A DNA stretch of 64,000 nucleotides, taken from NCBI GenBank assembly GCA_012295275.1, contig CM022665.1:6138001-6202000 (forward strand), in the 5' to 3' direction. Positions within the stretch are counted from its first letter, which is position 1; the number at the start of each line of letters is the position of its first letter. This DNA is from Chrysomallon squamiferum (Eukaryota; Animalia; Mollusca). A program made the position numbers and the translations under genes. Positions 45,778 to 60,465 of the stretch are shown piece after piece. The notes under the pieces were generated by a model. The model searched no databases. It saw only the letters and a list, made by a program, of their open reading frames with translations, and was not told the origin of the DNA.

Positions 45778-46806
45778 CTTTTGAGCATACTTTTGAAGTT
45801 TCTCAGAAAAATCAATTTAAAAATAACTTGATTAAAAAAAAAAAAAAAAAAAATCTGAAAACACAAGTTAATACCACTCTGCTCAGTTTCATCCCAGTGT
45901 TTGAGGCTTTCCTGTCAGAAACTAAATCTCTTCTGTTGTGAAACAGATAAAAGAGATATTTTTAAAAAAGGAACACTGTGTGATTACACAAAGAACCTCA
46001 ATGTGTTCCGGTTACCGTCATCTTGCACGTCATTCTTTGTCCTCCTTTCACAGTGCTTCCAGGCACTCTACAATATCACAAGCTATTTCAGGATGCATAT
46101 TAAAATACTTGAACGCTATGACGTCAATCCAAAAAGGTTGACACTGTGCTATCACATTTCAAGTGAGCACGAACAAAAAAAAAAAAAGTGGTCAATGAAA
46201 TACTTTTACAGCCTGTCACATACAGCTTTTGCGTACACAGAGATATAGAATTCATATAACCACTAAAATAGATTTAAAAACATGACACAAATGACGATTT
46301 AAATAAATAAAAGTGACTAAATACATTCCTTTGCTATTAGTAAAAACGTTTTGAAAAAATCTGTCATGAAATGAAAAAAGGCACACTGAAAAAGTGAATT
46401 ACCTGTATTTAAAGAGTTTGTATTAATGTAGGTTTACAATATCTGTGTGCAGAATATAGCTCAGTAAAAAGAAACCAACTGATATAACAAAGGTCTTTGC
46501 ATAGGCTGTCTTGTAATGGGATTTTATGTACAACAGAAAACTTGTTGCTAATGAAATTTTTTTTAAAATGATTAAAAAATTGATGAATGCATGGTGGCAG
46601 TAGATGTTTTATTTCATTCCTTTGGTCCTAAACAGTATGCACTATATCATATAAACAACAAGACAAAAATGCATTCAAGGTGTCATTTAATAAACATCCT
46701 TTCATAATCTTTTCATTTTCCTAGCAGAAATGTAAACAAAAAAGAAATTTTAAGAAAATCTCAATACAATTTACATTAAAAATGCTTTAGATGTCAACAG
46801 AGTGTG

Positions 46807-46840
<34 letters not shown>

Positions 46841-48685
46841 TATATATATATATATATATGTATGTATATATACAGACACACATACACTGACACACATGCA
46901 TTCATGCACCTATATATATGGGTGTGTGTATATGTGTGTGTGAGAGAGAAGAGCATGGGAGAGGAAATTCACTACTGCCACTACAAGAGCTAATCTTATC
47001 AAGGAATTATTTATACACATCTTTCCATGGACAGAAGTGCACATACTAATTTTTCATACACTGGCAACTGAGCATTGGTTGAAAGGTGAATGGTCAAAGG
47101 AAGCATTAAAAGGGATTGATCCTGTGATTCCTTAGCCTTCTTCTCTGACCACAGAACTATAAAATGATTTCAAAGTATTGGAAAGTCATCGTAAACTGTT
47201 ATATCATGTAGCTCTGCTCTGACTCCCAAACACTACCAATCAATTTGAAATTATCATTTGTGAAGGGTTTAATGGTGTGAAGTTACTAATGCTGTTCTGG
47301 TTCAAAGTGAAGAAAACTGTTGTTCAAACAAACCTTTCTGAGTGTTGGTTTGACCATTGCCTTTTCCAGTTCATCCTCAAGGAATGATCGACAACCCATC
47401 TTAATGTCCATAACACAAGGCACTTGAAAATCACACAACAGATCTTGTAACTGAAGATATTCTGAAGTTGTTGTTAAGGATTTAATGGACTTAATTTCTA
47501 GTAGAAAATATCTGTTAAGTGTTGTTAGAAAAAGATGTGGCAATATCTAAATAGCAGTTCTTAATGATGTTTGTGAACAACAACACCTCTTATAATTATC
47601 GGTAAATAAAACATTTATTGTTTCTCAGTATATCACCAAGTTTATATAATTTATCTTCATATTTGTATATTTACAATATATAAATGATCAAGCCTAACAT
47701 TTTGTAATAAATAACAGAGGCTGTTTCGTGTTACCTCTTTGTGTTTTCAACATAAACAACACTCTAGCAGCTATCTATTTGCATGACCTCTGTGGCACAG
47801 GTGATAAATGTGGAAATATCTGTAACATCATATTTCAAAACAGTTCTTTATCTCTCTCTTTTGTTTGCTCATCATTTTCTGGTAACCTCTTGTGAGTTGT
47901 TTATACCAGTAATTAAGAAACAAGCAGTACCAGTCTGTTGTTGTACATGATGATTGATTTAAAGGATACTTTCTCCGTTTTTCTCTATATCTCCTTTGTA
48001 TTCAGGTACAAATGGTCGAAGTGCATCTGCCATTAACTTGATGTAACACTGCTTTTCTTTCTTGTCCAGTTTCTTCAGCACAGTGCCACATTCACCTGCT
48101 TGAAAGTTACCTGTAATAACAACACACAGTACATCAGTTTTTATTATCTCTCAGCCAATAGTTATAACATTATTCTCCTGGAATTCTGTGCCCACTGCAT
48201 TTCAAATAACACAGTGTAATAATAATAAAAACATAAAAGTAAAAATAAAAATCATTAAAAAAAAAAACATTAAAAAAAAACTACACAAAACTAATAAATA
48301 AATAAAATAAAAGTTACTTTTATATACAAAATAAGAAATCTTGTGATGTATGACAAAAACAACAGGAGTGGATCTAAGATTTTGCCAAGAGGTCACAAAA
48401 TTATAAAAAACTGAAATTTTCTGTTTGCCAAAACTAAATTATTGGATTAAGATGTATGTATGGCCTGGGGCATACTTATATAAAAAAAAACTGAAATAGA
48501 GATGTTTAGAAACAGGCATTATTCTGGACATATTATTATTTGCTTTGGTACTGTCTGCTTGAGATATTCTGTTTGAAAAAAATGAATTAAAAAGATATTA
48601 AAATGAATAAATATTGTAACAGCTGTTATTCTCTGACTGAAATTTATTATCACACTACATATAATTCAAATTGATTTTTTAAAAA

Positions 48686-48716
<31 letters not shown>

Positions 48717-49439
48717 TTTTTTTTTTTATCTTAGTATGGTAATATAGGTTAAGCCTTAAGGTATGAATGTTTTTTAAATGATATAGCAAAAGTATACATA
48801 CACCAGCATGCACATACACACACACACATGCACACACACACGTACACACACATATATTTAACTTACTGATATAAAACAACTTTATTGATGAAAAAGATAT
48901 ATTTAAAAAAGTAGTTTATTTGCTAACTGGTACTGAAAATTAACCTATATCAACAAAACCGCAAAGAAAACTGGATAGTATTAAGTGAAAGATTTACTGT
49001 CAAATTTGCATAAAAAGATCACTGAATCAGAACTAATGGTTTGCCATTATGCTGTTGCATTGTTACTTTTTTTCTTTTCAAGACATGTTATAATAGTAAT
49101 AGCTTCTCGTTATTAAAATCACAATGGATTTACTTTGTACAAGAAATCTTTGTTGTTATTTATTTATAGATCAGAGACCAGAAAATTATTATTTCTATTT
49201 GATTTAAACAATGACCTGAGTATTTAATATTTGTCACATGTCTGGTTTCTCAAAGTATGCTGTGATATTCCTGAACTAGGCTGTATAATTAGTAAAAAAG
49301 ATTTATTATTTTCTGCAGAATCAATGAAATAGGAAATATAATCCCTTTCTGAGAACTTTTACTCTTTTACCAAAGTGTGTGGTATGTACATTCCAGACAA
49401 TGGAATGATTCTTAACTCTATGAATATTGTGTGTGCACA

Positions 49440-49491
<52 letters not shown>

Positions 49492-52400
49492 AGGTTAAAA
49501 ATGTGTTATTAAATGTTTTAAATGTTCCTTCCTTCTTGTTAAAACATAAATATGAATAACTCCACAATAATTAATATTTCATTGAATAAAACATTACAGT
49601 TTGTCTAAATTGGAGATTAGACAAAAATTATCAATGCTGTCAATGAATAAAAAGAAGCAGGTAAGTGATATTAAGTTCATTGATCAGAAGCAGAGTTGTT
49701 TCTGTTCTTATTTCATAATTACATAAAGATATTCCTTGCATAATAATATAAATTTGTTTATATCAAAATATAGATGTGATTCTTCACTGATCAATAAGGT
49801 AAACTGTTTTAAAGTGTTAAGTTGTATCTTTTTTTCTTTTTGCCTCTAGAGCTAGTGATCAAAAGGATATTAAAAGCTGAAGTTTTGTTGATATTTATTA
49901 TACTAAAGTTTTATTATATACTTTATTAAGTTTTTTATGCTGTAGTATAAGATGTACTTAAGAAAATTACTTTCATTCCTGTCAAGGAGAGAATTAAAGT
50001 AGTTTAACCACTTGTTTTTAAGTGAGGTTTTGTAATAAAGATTTGAAGTGTTTGGAAACATATTACAACTTTCTTAACAATGAATGGTAAATCATAAATA
50101 TATCAATTTTATAATCCTTATAATCTTGTGAGAATTAGCAAGCTATTGTTTGTTTTGTTGTTGTTGGTTTTTTTCCTGTGATTTATATTTTTTTATTTTA
50201 TTTTTTTTTAATAATTTTCTAGAATGTATACATATCAATTTCAATATGAGATTTCCACAGTGCATGAACTTTTGTCTCAGTCAATACAATCCTGATTAAA
50301 ATGAAATGTTCAACTGGAAAGCATTTCTTTTAATTTATATCACACTGCAGCAGAAGATTTCACAGGCACCTGCATTTATGATTGACAGTATTTAATAAGA
50401 AAAGGCTGATTTTATGTTCAAACCACCAAATACATATATTATTGTTATATGTCTGTACTTCAGGCTAAAAATGACAAAGGACATGAAACGTGAATGTAAG
50501 CAAGAAACTACTGTAGACATTGTTAAACAAATAATAAAATTGTGAACATGTTGACCATGGTTCTGCACTAACAGATCTTAATGAAATAATCCTGGAGACA
50601 CTTTACTGATAAGAAATTCCAGTTATCTGACTGTGTGTAGCAGTTAGAAGGCTAAAACATGATTCTGAAATTTAAGAGTTGGGACAGATAAATGAAATGA
50701 ATGTAATTAATTAAGAGAAAAATGCAGAGAAAGATTCACTATATACCAACAGAAATAAGCTATTTAAACCATAAACAGTGACTTCTGCTGTTATTGACAG
50801 AACGTCGTGACAGAAAATCAACATGAATGTGTATTGGAAAATGGAGAACATTATGTAATGTTTTGTAATGAATCTACCATACCTTGATGTCCAGCCAGCT
50901 GTATCCATGGATACTTGTTTTTCTTGAAAACCTGTACGAATGGCGACCATTTGATGATCCCACGAATCTTCTTCCATGAACTTTGCTGCAAATTATCAAA
51001 AACAAACATTAAAAACTTCTATAAATTTTTAAAATATTTTTATTAGATAAATATTTTTGTTCACACATTCACTTTAATTTAAATTTACATAAGCCAAGAA
51101 ATCATCAACATAATACAGAAGCATATTTTAGACTGTATTTCACTTTTAAAAATACCTGTTTTGTATACTTGTAGTCACGCAAAATATACTGAGTAAAAAC
51201 AGTTATCTATGAAGATATATGTTAAATTACATATACTTGCATCCAGTTTAAATCAAATATGACAAAGAAACCTGGTTATCTTTAAAGGTAAAACTGAATG
51301 ACAGTTTTAGAAAAATTAAGAAAATTTCAGTTTAATTTGTACTTTACTAACTAAATGTCCCATCTCAATTTGTCATTTATTTTAGTTGTTTACATGAAGA
51401 TTAAAACCCAAGATAATCAGCCCGTTATTCCTAAAGCAAATTAAGATAAAATTTGACAAATATAACTCTAACCCAATCCTCTTTCATAACACAATGATGC
51501 AAAATATTTTATAACAGTGCTGGAGAATTAACCAAATCACATTTCAGTTATTGTTTTAAAATACCTAAGAAAAATCCCCTAACCTTTCCATATTAAGCAA
51601 ATATCACAAACTCTCATACATTTCCACAAACCCAAATACACACTGAAACACTGTTAATATATCAAGATGTACATACACACAGACAACATAAACACATATC
51701 CACACAGAAAAGTAATCTACAAAGGAACAGATTTAATTTAAAATTATGGACCAGAAATCCTACTAAGAGCTAAATCACAGTACTTTTACTCTTTTTATTG
51801 AAAATAATAATCACAGGAAAATAGAAGACATTTGTTAAAAGGTGATCATTATAAAATAATCAGAAAAACCAGCCAGTTAAAATAAAAACTAACAGCAACA
51901 CTGCAGTGAGAACTGCAGTATGGAGATGAGGTTCAGCGTAAATTGCCAACCACACCTATGTTGACAACAATTAGGTAAAAATGTACTGGATATATCTGGC
52001 CATTGTTTATGAACAATGTACAAATGCTACAAATATGTCAAGTGGATACACGGTTAAACTGTTTTCTGAACTCTTCCTGTTAAAAAGATGGGATGTGTGT
52101 TTGAAACATAAAAAAAAAAAAAAAAAAAAAAGTCTCATATACATTTCACATTCTTTCCATCAAAATAATATCAACTTTAAAAGTTGAAAGACAGAAATAT
52201 GAGATGTATAAATGCAAAGAAAATATCAATTATCTGACTTATTTTTTAATTGATAAACTTTTTATATTACCTCAGGCCTTTAATGCTTTATTATTAAATT
52301 AACCAAAAAATGCTAAATCTAAAATTAAATTTTAGAAAAAAAAATAATAATAATAGAAAAAAAATAATAATCTCTACAATTTAACACTGATAATCAAAAA

Positions 52401-52715
52401 TATAATAATATAAACCAGATCATATACAAAATATCTGTCAGTGGTATAGTTTATTCAGCAGCATATTTTTGAAATGAATAACAAAGCATCACATAGCATC
52501 AGACTATTTTGTCAAAGATCACTTTCTCACAGCCCCACTGAGAAACTGGGAAAAGATGCACGCCTTTATGTTGTGGCAATGTGTTTCATGTTTTGTTATT
52601 GCAACAGTCTTTAACCACAAGTACAGAGACATAACTGCAGATAAAAAACTGCTGTTTCTTCCAGAATATGAAAACAGGTTTAGATATGACAGCATCTAAT
52701 AATTCAACATATATA

Positions 52716-52750
<35 letters not shown>

Positions 52751-53879
52751 ATGTATGTATGTATGTATGTATGTATGTATGTATGTATGTATGGATATAT
52801 GGATGTATGTGTGTGTGTGTATGTATGTATGTATGTATGAATGTATGTATGTATGTACGTACGTGTGTATGTATGTGTGTATGTATGGATGTATGTGTGT
52901 ATGTATGTATTGAGTTGCATGGTCTATTATATCTAATGACAAATGGATGCAGCTCTTAAAATTTAATCTTAATAAAGAAGTTATATATTATTTTATCTTC
53001 AATCTTGTACCAAACAAATATTAAATCATTAAAGGATGTGTCTGTGGGTAATTTTGCAAACACACGTTCTAAAAGCAATGGTGTCAAGTTACAGGTGAAT
53101 GAAGATATAATTAGTTGCTGCATTTACCACAAGGAAAATAATCAAACAGTGTACAGAAGAATAAACAAGGAAATATGCATTCATGAATAATAATTCACAA
53201 TGCCTGTATTTGTGTAAATAATAGATCCCACACATTGGAAAGATATAATTAGTTAGTTCAGTGTCCATAGTGCTGGATTGTGATCAAACAGGATTAACTT
53301 CTTCAATCTGGAGTTCAGAAAAATCCTCTTTAATATCTGTAATGTCATGAATTTATGGCTTTTTTTTTCTTTCTTCCCTGTTGGTGTCGTTTGCATAATT
53401 ATCATATATACTTATTTATCTCAAATCTTCAATTCAGAAATTAAAGAAAGCCTGACATCATTCAGTGCTAACTCACAAGATTGTAATCTCTGATTTGATA
53501 TGCAGGTCACTTACGTGTGATTTTTTCTTTTGTTTCAATGTAACCCAGCTAGGATCTAATCAAGAGATATTTCAGATCAACAGCGTGAAAATAATCAGTG
53601 TAAAGTACAACTACTAGGAACATAAACCCCAAGTAAACAATTAATTTGTGTAATACATAAGCATTTGAGTGTTTCGATGATATGCTGTCGTCAAAAAGAT
53701 CCGGATAATATAAATTAAGCTATGTGTATGTTGTAATTTATCAGTAGGTAACATCAGAATACAAAAACAACAACATGACTGTGTGAAGCAGAATAACTGT
53801 GTGACTTAAGTTATTGATTTGATTTTAATTTAATGTAGTATTCTTCCATTATGTTATTTTATATTACCACATAGAAAAA

Positions 53880-53916
<37 letters not shown>

Positions 53917-54896
53917 TTGTTACAGATAATTAACTTTTATAAAATGCATCTCAGCAGATCTGTCACATGTACTGAAACTATTAGTTGACACTGTAGAATC
54001 CTTCAAACATGTTATAATTTTTATCAACAAATTGTAAGACATTTTCAATTTAAATTACAAATGAAAGAAAGAAAAGAAAAAAAAAAGACATCTGTTCTAA
54101 CAAAAACAAAGTAATTAAACTGTGATACAACACATGTTGAACAAATATATATTTATTAATGAATTAAATAATTTTTCAGTTCCCTCTTCTATCTTATGTA
54201 AAAGATCGGAGGAGTCCAGGATGTAAATTTATACTTAAAGTATTAGATTTTATCTAATCTTAATTTGAAATTAAATGTAATCAAGATTTGGCCTAAAGTT
54301 AGCTTTTGGAACTCTTGGAAGTGTTGCCTGTTTTTTATTATCAATTTGGTTTATCTCTATATTTTTTTTTTATTTATTCAGAAATATTTTTTATACTAAC
54401 AAGTACAAACAAGATAAACCACAGATATAAAGATGAGTATTTATAATATTTTTTTTAATTAATAAATATTTTTTGTACTGACAAATACAAACAAGATAAA
54501 CCGCAGAAATAAAGATGAGTATTTATAATATTTTTTTTAACAAGTACAAACAAGATAAACCGCAGATATAAATATGAGTATTTATAATATTTTTTTTAAT
54601 TAATAAATATTTTTTATACTGACAGATATAATCAAGTAACCCACAGATGCAATGATGCATATTTTTTTTACAACTGACAAAAAAGCAAAAAGCCAACCAC
54701 AGAAGAATCTGAGTATACCTACATTATTGTTATTGACAGTTTTGGGGGCTGGGGGCTCAGCCAAATCAACTTCAACCGGAGTATCCCAGTCACTAAGATC
54801 ATCATCTGTGTCACCACCTGTCCTGTTATCCACTGTCAGAAACTCCATGTCAGAGCATTCGGCCTGCACAGTGGCAGTCCCTTCCTCTTGCAGCAT
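42015..54896 (-). CDS. ITPK: Inositol-1,4,5-trisphosphate 3-kinase, 8 coding exons (first exon tentative)
   Basis: Exons 54896-54723 (tentative), 50985-50883, 48110-47970, 47461-47334, 44725-44576, 43975-43874, 43232-43161, 42218-42015. Motifs: [13 protein letters not shown] (calmodulin-binding region), [62 protein letters not shown]. Confidence 0.93.
46455..46556 (+). mobile_element. Decayed SINE-like interspersed repeat (copy 3, opposite orientation)
   Basis: Begins with A-box-like TAGCTCAGT. Its tail CTTGTTGCTAA is the reverse complement of TTAGCAACAAG at about 23589. Confidence 0.45.
46960..47130 (-). mobile_element. Decayed SINE-like interspersed repeat (copy 4)
   Basis: GAGGAAATTCACTACTGCCA...CAAGGAATTATTTATACACATCTTTCCATGGACAG...GGGATTGATCC is colinear with the copy at 23540. 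Confidence 0.5.
47462..47969 (-). other. U12-type GT-AG intron in the IP3 3-kinase gene
   Basis: Minus-strand donor GTATCCTTT at 47969. Branch site ATCCTTAAC (47481-47473) is followed by 11 nt ending in CAG. The splice keeps the frame ([12 protein letters not shown]). Confidence 0.92.
52715..52910. repeat. (GT)n/(GTAT)n compound microsatellite
   Basis: Directly visible. Confidence 0.97.
54383..54660. repeat. Minisatellite, ~59-82-bp units, three good copies plus one decayed
   Basis: Repeated ACAAGTACAAACAAGATAAACCRCAGATATAAAGATGAGTATTTATAATATTTTTTT near 54399, 54481 and 54540, with a decayed copy near 54622. Confidence 0.9.
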
Positions 54897-57800
54897 CGAG
54901 ACAAGTTTAAAAAAAACAGGTAATTTGATGCACAGCATCCACCAAACACTACACTACACTACACACAAAACACACACACACACACACAATCAATGAAACT
55001 TCACAAGCTGCGGTTAACTGGACACTCTGGTTACTAAATCCACAGGTAAATCATTGCACAGATCACATTCAAATACAGCCTGGTCGGTGAATGAAAGCCA
55101 AATGCTGTTTTCATGTTGTTCTGGTGGCTGTGTGGAGTGAAAGACAGGTAAGCATGTCTTTAGAGATACAAACAGGTTATGTACCCAAGCCAAGACATTT
55201 TGTGCACACTAACCACAGGAGCTGGCAGATTAAAATTAAAGGGGGGGGGGTGGATGGGTGAGTGTGTGCTTACATTTAAACAAGATCACTGAAACACAGT
55301 TTGTTGTACATTCCCACTCAAATTCAGAGTGTTACAGGTCAGATTTAATTATATATAAACTGTGTTTGTGTTTATATGCGGTACTGACAGGCAAACCAGT
55401 CAAGAGGAAAAGATAAATTTAGGTTACATTGCTTAGTGGGTGTAGATGACAATACTTATCAGACCAGTTTATATTTCAGTGTGGGGTCATATTTCCATAT
55501 CAGAACCTTAACATTTGTTTACAACTTGCTCTAACTGTAATCAATAAGTTTTGTCATACACAGTTTTCTAATCTGTCAGTACATTATTACAAATTACTTT
55601 TTCATTAACAAGTCAATCTTAGGTGACACCTTATAAACTTTAGTATATTTTTCTTATTTACAATAAAGACAATGCTAAAAATAAGCTAGAAAAACATTTA
55701 TTCAGCAGCTTCTTCAGGTAAAAAATAATTCAACAAAGTAAATCCATATAATAATATGCAAGACACATAGGGAACTAATATGTATAACAGTGTGTCTGTA
55801 GATGGCTGTGTATTTGAGTGGGTGGATATTTTATTCCAACATGTTTATTATTAACATGTTGTAATAACCCTTTTTCCTCAGTTTAGTAATTAAGAGACTA
55901 ACAAGGAAGGAAAGTGAATTAATTTCATTAATTAGTGCTGGTTACAAATCAAACACAGCTTTATTACAAAACAACAAAAAACAAAAACAAAAAATTAAAA
56001 AAGAAACACATACATTATGAGCAGACAGATGAAAAAATTCTTTTTACATAAATGTTTCACTAATATCACTTTGTCTAATAAAACTAATGGAAGAAGACAG
56101 TTCTCTCTGCTGTTCAATCCTACAATACATTTTCACAGAATAACATTACGTCATAAACATCTCAAGTAGTTTTTACAACTGAGCAGCTGTGTTACATACA
56201 AAACAATTTACTAATTGCACTGATTTCACACAAGCTTTAGACTTCACACAAGCTTAGTGATTACTATCTTTGTTTTAAGCTGGGACTTTTCATACTATTT
56301 TAGTAAAATGAGCAATTAAACAGCTGCATAAACACTGAAACATCAGTAACAATTCTGTAAATATGTCAATTATCAATACTGAACCAAATTGAGAACAACA
56401 TACAGATTATATTTTAAATTAAAACTTTTATCATCAGCTGGTGAATTGTTGCCTTAGGAAAGCCATTTTATCATCAGCAGCCATCTTTGATAAAAACAAA
56501 AGTACTGATTCTGAAATAAATGAGATAAAACACAGAAATAAATATATATATTTTATTCTGTTCATGTAAAACTAGTCTGATGTGGCAGACCTCTTTTCTG
56601 AACAACTGAACTGCCTGAAAAACAAGAGATAACAAGTGCACCAGAACCAGTAATATGTTTCTTATCAAAACATTTTCTCACGTTCCTGAAAGATTTAAAC
56701 TTAATTTCTTTCCAGATAAATGCATTGGGTTGATTATCTCACCCAGCCAGTGCAGCACAACTTGTTTATCAAAGACTGATAAGAACCTGCAAATGTCCCA
56801 TCTTAGTTCATTGTTGTATGAAACCCCATTATATGACACTTAATGTCGATTTATTCAAAATATGTTGTGAAACATTCACTTAAAAATAATGATGAAATTT
56901 GCAGTGGACACTTCAAATACTTTTTAAGATTAATTTTTAAGTTTGTGAGAAATAATTATATATGTAACAAAAACCTTAAAGCTAAGATAGTTACATAACT
57001 ATATATTTACTGATACATTTACGTTTTATAAAGTGAAAGTAATCTGAAATATTCCACTTTGTTTTTCCTGTACATAAATTATTTCAGTATATTAATCTGG
57101 TTTAGAACCAGTAATTGGAAAAATATAACAATAGCAATAAAACATAAGATAAAAAATATAAGAAAACAGGTGTTTAGACAGAGAAGTGTCCAAGTATGCC
57201 CAACATGGGCATAACATGTGATTCTGACATGTAGTTTACTCATTACATGTACAAACAAAACCCCAAAGAAAGCTACATTTTGAGATCTGTAATCCCTGCC
57301 ATGTGTGATTGAGTCACTAACAATTGTCAACTCAAAATGTCAGGAAATTAAAAAAAAAATTAGAAAATATTTAGACACTTGAGAATGAAATTAATTAACT
57401 AAATAATGTAATGTTTACTTAATGAAGCAGAGTCCTATTACTGCTACTGCTGATCAGGTGTCAAGCATATGAACAGTGTACACTGATAACCTGAAAGGTA
57501 ATACCAGATTCTATTATTCCATGCACTGTTCAGCTCTTTTGTAAGATCCTTCCCTTAGTCAAGGAAGTACATAACACAGTCTTTAATAAAAGAGCCTAGA
57601 GTCTGTGAAAGAATCAGGAAATAGCACAAAAGCCAAAGAAAAGAGGAGAAATGAACCAGTGACTTATCATGCCTCAAATCAGTTCTCAACCAGTGAGCTT
57701 ACCAAGGCTGCTCTGTATATGTCTGTAATACTAAGAAAATGGCATTCTTCAAATACAAAGGAGTAAATTTGTTTTCAAGCATTTCTAATCAGCACTGGCA

Positions 57801-60376
57801 ACAAAATGTAAATGAAATAACTCAAATGTGAAGCCTTGTTAAAGTATATCAAAAGAAACTTATTATCTAATACGTAAATGTTCGGTTAATCAAGGGACAC
57901 AACTTACATTTGGTGTTGTATTAATATGTATGTATTTATCTCCCATCAACTGGGAACCAGTATCTTAAAATTATTTTCAACACATTTTAAAAAACAAGTT
58001 CTTAACCTGTTAGCTGTGATGTTTCTTTCTTTTTTTATTAAGCTTTATGAAGTTCATAACCAAAATATATAGTAAGTTAACAATTAATTAGTTACTCTGA
58101 CTAACATTTAAAAAATTTAAAATATGTTTGGGATAATATTAGAAGCAACAGTCCAAAAATCATGCTGACTTAAAAAGACAATGTTTCTGACAAGAAGCAT
58201 ATCTGAATAATTTTTTGATATAAACATGTTTACAATTATCCACATGTCTGTAAAATATTTAATTATCTAGACAGAGTATCCATCAAAGCAGTTTCATAAA
58301 TACATTAAATACCATGAGCAGTAGCTTGTTGGTCCAGTTTGGACATTAGTGGACTGAAACAGACTATAGAACACCTAGCTTGGAAACAGCCAAAAGAATC
58401 ACTGTCTGGATTTTGCTGATCTTGTGTGTGTGGGGGGTGTTTGTTGTTTGTTTTATTTTATTTTTACATTTATTTTTATTTTAGTTTTTCAGAGTAAAGA
58501 GAGGAATGGTTGGGTCATTATCCTAATCTAATTAAAATGTCATACATTCCATATTCACGTAGTTATATGTAATTTATTATTAATTATTATTTATTATTAT
58601 TATTATTATTATTATTCTAATTATTATTGTTATTATTATTATTGTTATTGTTATTGTTCCTATTGTTGTTGTTGCCATGAAGAAAAACAAAAACAAAAAT
58701 TTAAAAATACTTCTGCTGAAAATGTGTAGTTTAATAAAACTGAAATTTCAATAATTTGGTAATTTGTGAAAAGTTTCTTCTTTATTTTGAACCCTTACTT
58801 CAGAAAGTCACCCACAATGAATAATAATATTTAAAAAACTGACATGAATTCAAAAAATGTTGTTTTTTAATGTATCATGAAATTATATTTTTAAATTATA
58901 ATTTAACACATTTTTTTTTGTAATATGTGCTGACAGAAAAAAAAAGCCAATTTAAATTGTATAAAATAAAATAACAGCAGAAATGCTGTAAATTGAATAA
59001 TTTTCATTTGCTTTGACAACAATGACAACCAGCTGTTACCATTATTCAAAACAAATTTTTATTTTTTATTATTATTTTTTTTTAAACTGTTTAAATTTTT
59101 AAATTCTAAAATAATAATAACTTTAAAAAAATAATAATAATAATAACAATAAATAAATGACAATATTTGTCATTATTGATGATAAAGGACACATCTAACT
59201 GTTTCAGTAGTTATAAAGTTAAAAGTGTCTGCAAAGTGCTGTTTCCTGTTATTTGACTGGTATTAAGTATAAAACTGCTTACCCAACTCAAATGTAGTAC
59301 CAGACCAGGATTTGAACTGTTAACAATCAACTGCCTTAGGTAAACTAAGTACCAATGCAAATGTTGCAACAGCTGGCTAACCTGTGTGCAGTGAAATCTC
59401 ATTAGGTCATTATTTTCCTTCCTAAACATTACTACATTTAATGGGAAAAATAATATGACATCTTGCTTTGGCTTTTTGTGATGAACAGTTTCCTTTACAT
59501 CAAATAATTTACATTTTGTGACTGTTAGAATTACTGATAAAATCATTTTACAAACCCAGTGAGGTAGGGAAAACGTTTATATCTTATGTATTTGTTTTAC
59601 AGACAGAACAGTGTAAACCAGACCCTACAGAGGCTAACAATGTGCCCCCTACTGAGATATTGTTTTCCCTTTTTGGGTAGGATTTCGTAATGTGATAATT
59701 ACACTGTTATGTGGAATGATAGCATCTATAAATTGGACAAATTTTAAACATTTGCAAAGGTGTGTTTTTTTGTTGTTATTTTTTTAATTATTAAAATTTG
59801 AGTAGGAATTGCATATGATAATGGAAATGGTTGCTTACTATTGCTATTTAATGATCCTACCTATTTCAAAAAAAAGAAGAAGATTATTACCATCTAACAG
59901 CAAAAATTTCAGTTATGGTTTAAGTCTGTGATATACAGACATGTTACAGGATGTATGAAAATGTTCTATGTTACACTAGTGTGTGATAACTTGGTGTTCT
60001 GTGACCATCACAGTGGTCACCACAGATACTAGGGAAGTCAAAATTGTGACCACTACAGAAGTCACTAAATGAACACAAGATTAAATTCAAACCATTCATG
60101 AAATACCGGTTAAAATGAGAACCATCACTCTTCCAGTGTACTTAAACCACACCCTTTGTTAAGTGTCATCTTTAAAATGTACTTGTGATAAAAGAAGGTC
60201 AGCATTACTGTACTTGAAATCTAACAATAAATCCTACAGCATTTCCTGGCAGTAAAAATACAAGCTTATCAGTGTTACTTCAATATAAAATCACAGACTA
60301 AGAAGACCTTGTAAATATTTACTTATATGTTGCCTGCTTCCTGCCCCCTGCCCCCCTCCCCTCCCTTCCCTATATA

Positions 60377-60380
<4 letters not shown>

Positions 60381-60463
<83 letters not shown>
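60381..60463. repeat. (CT)n(CA)n microsatellite
   Basis: Directly visible. Confidence 0.97.
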
Positions 60464-60465
<2 letters not shown>

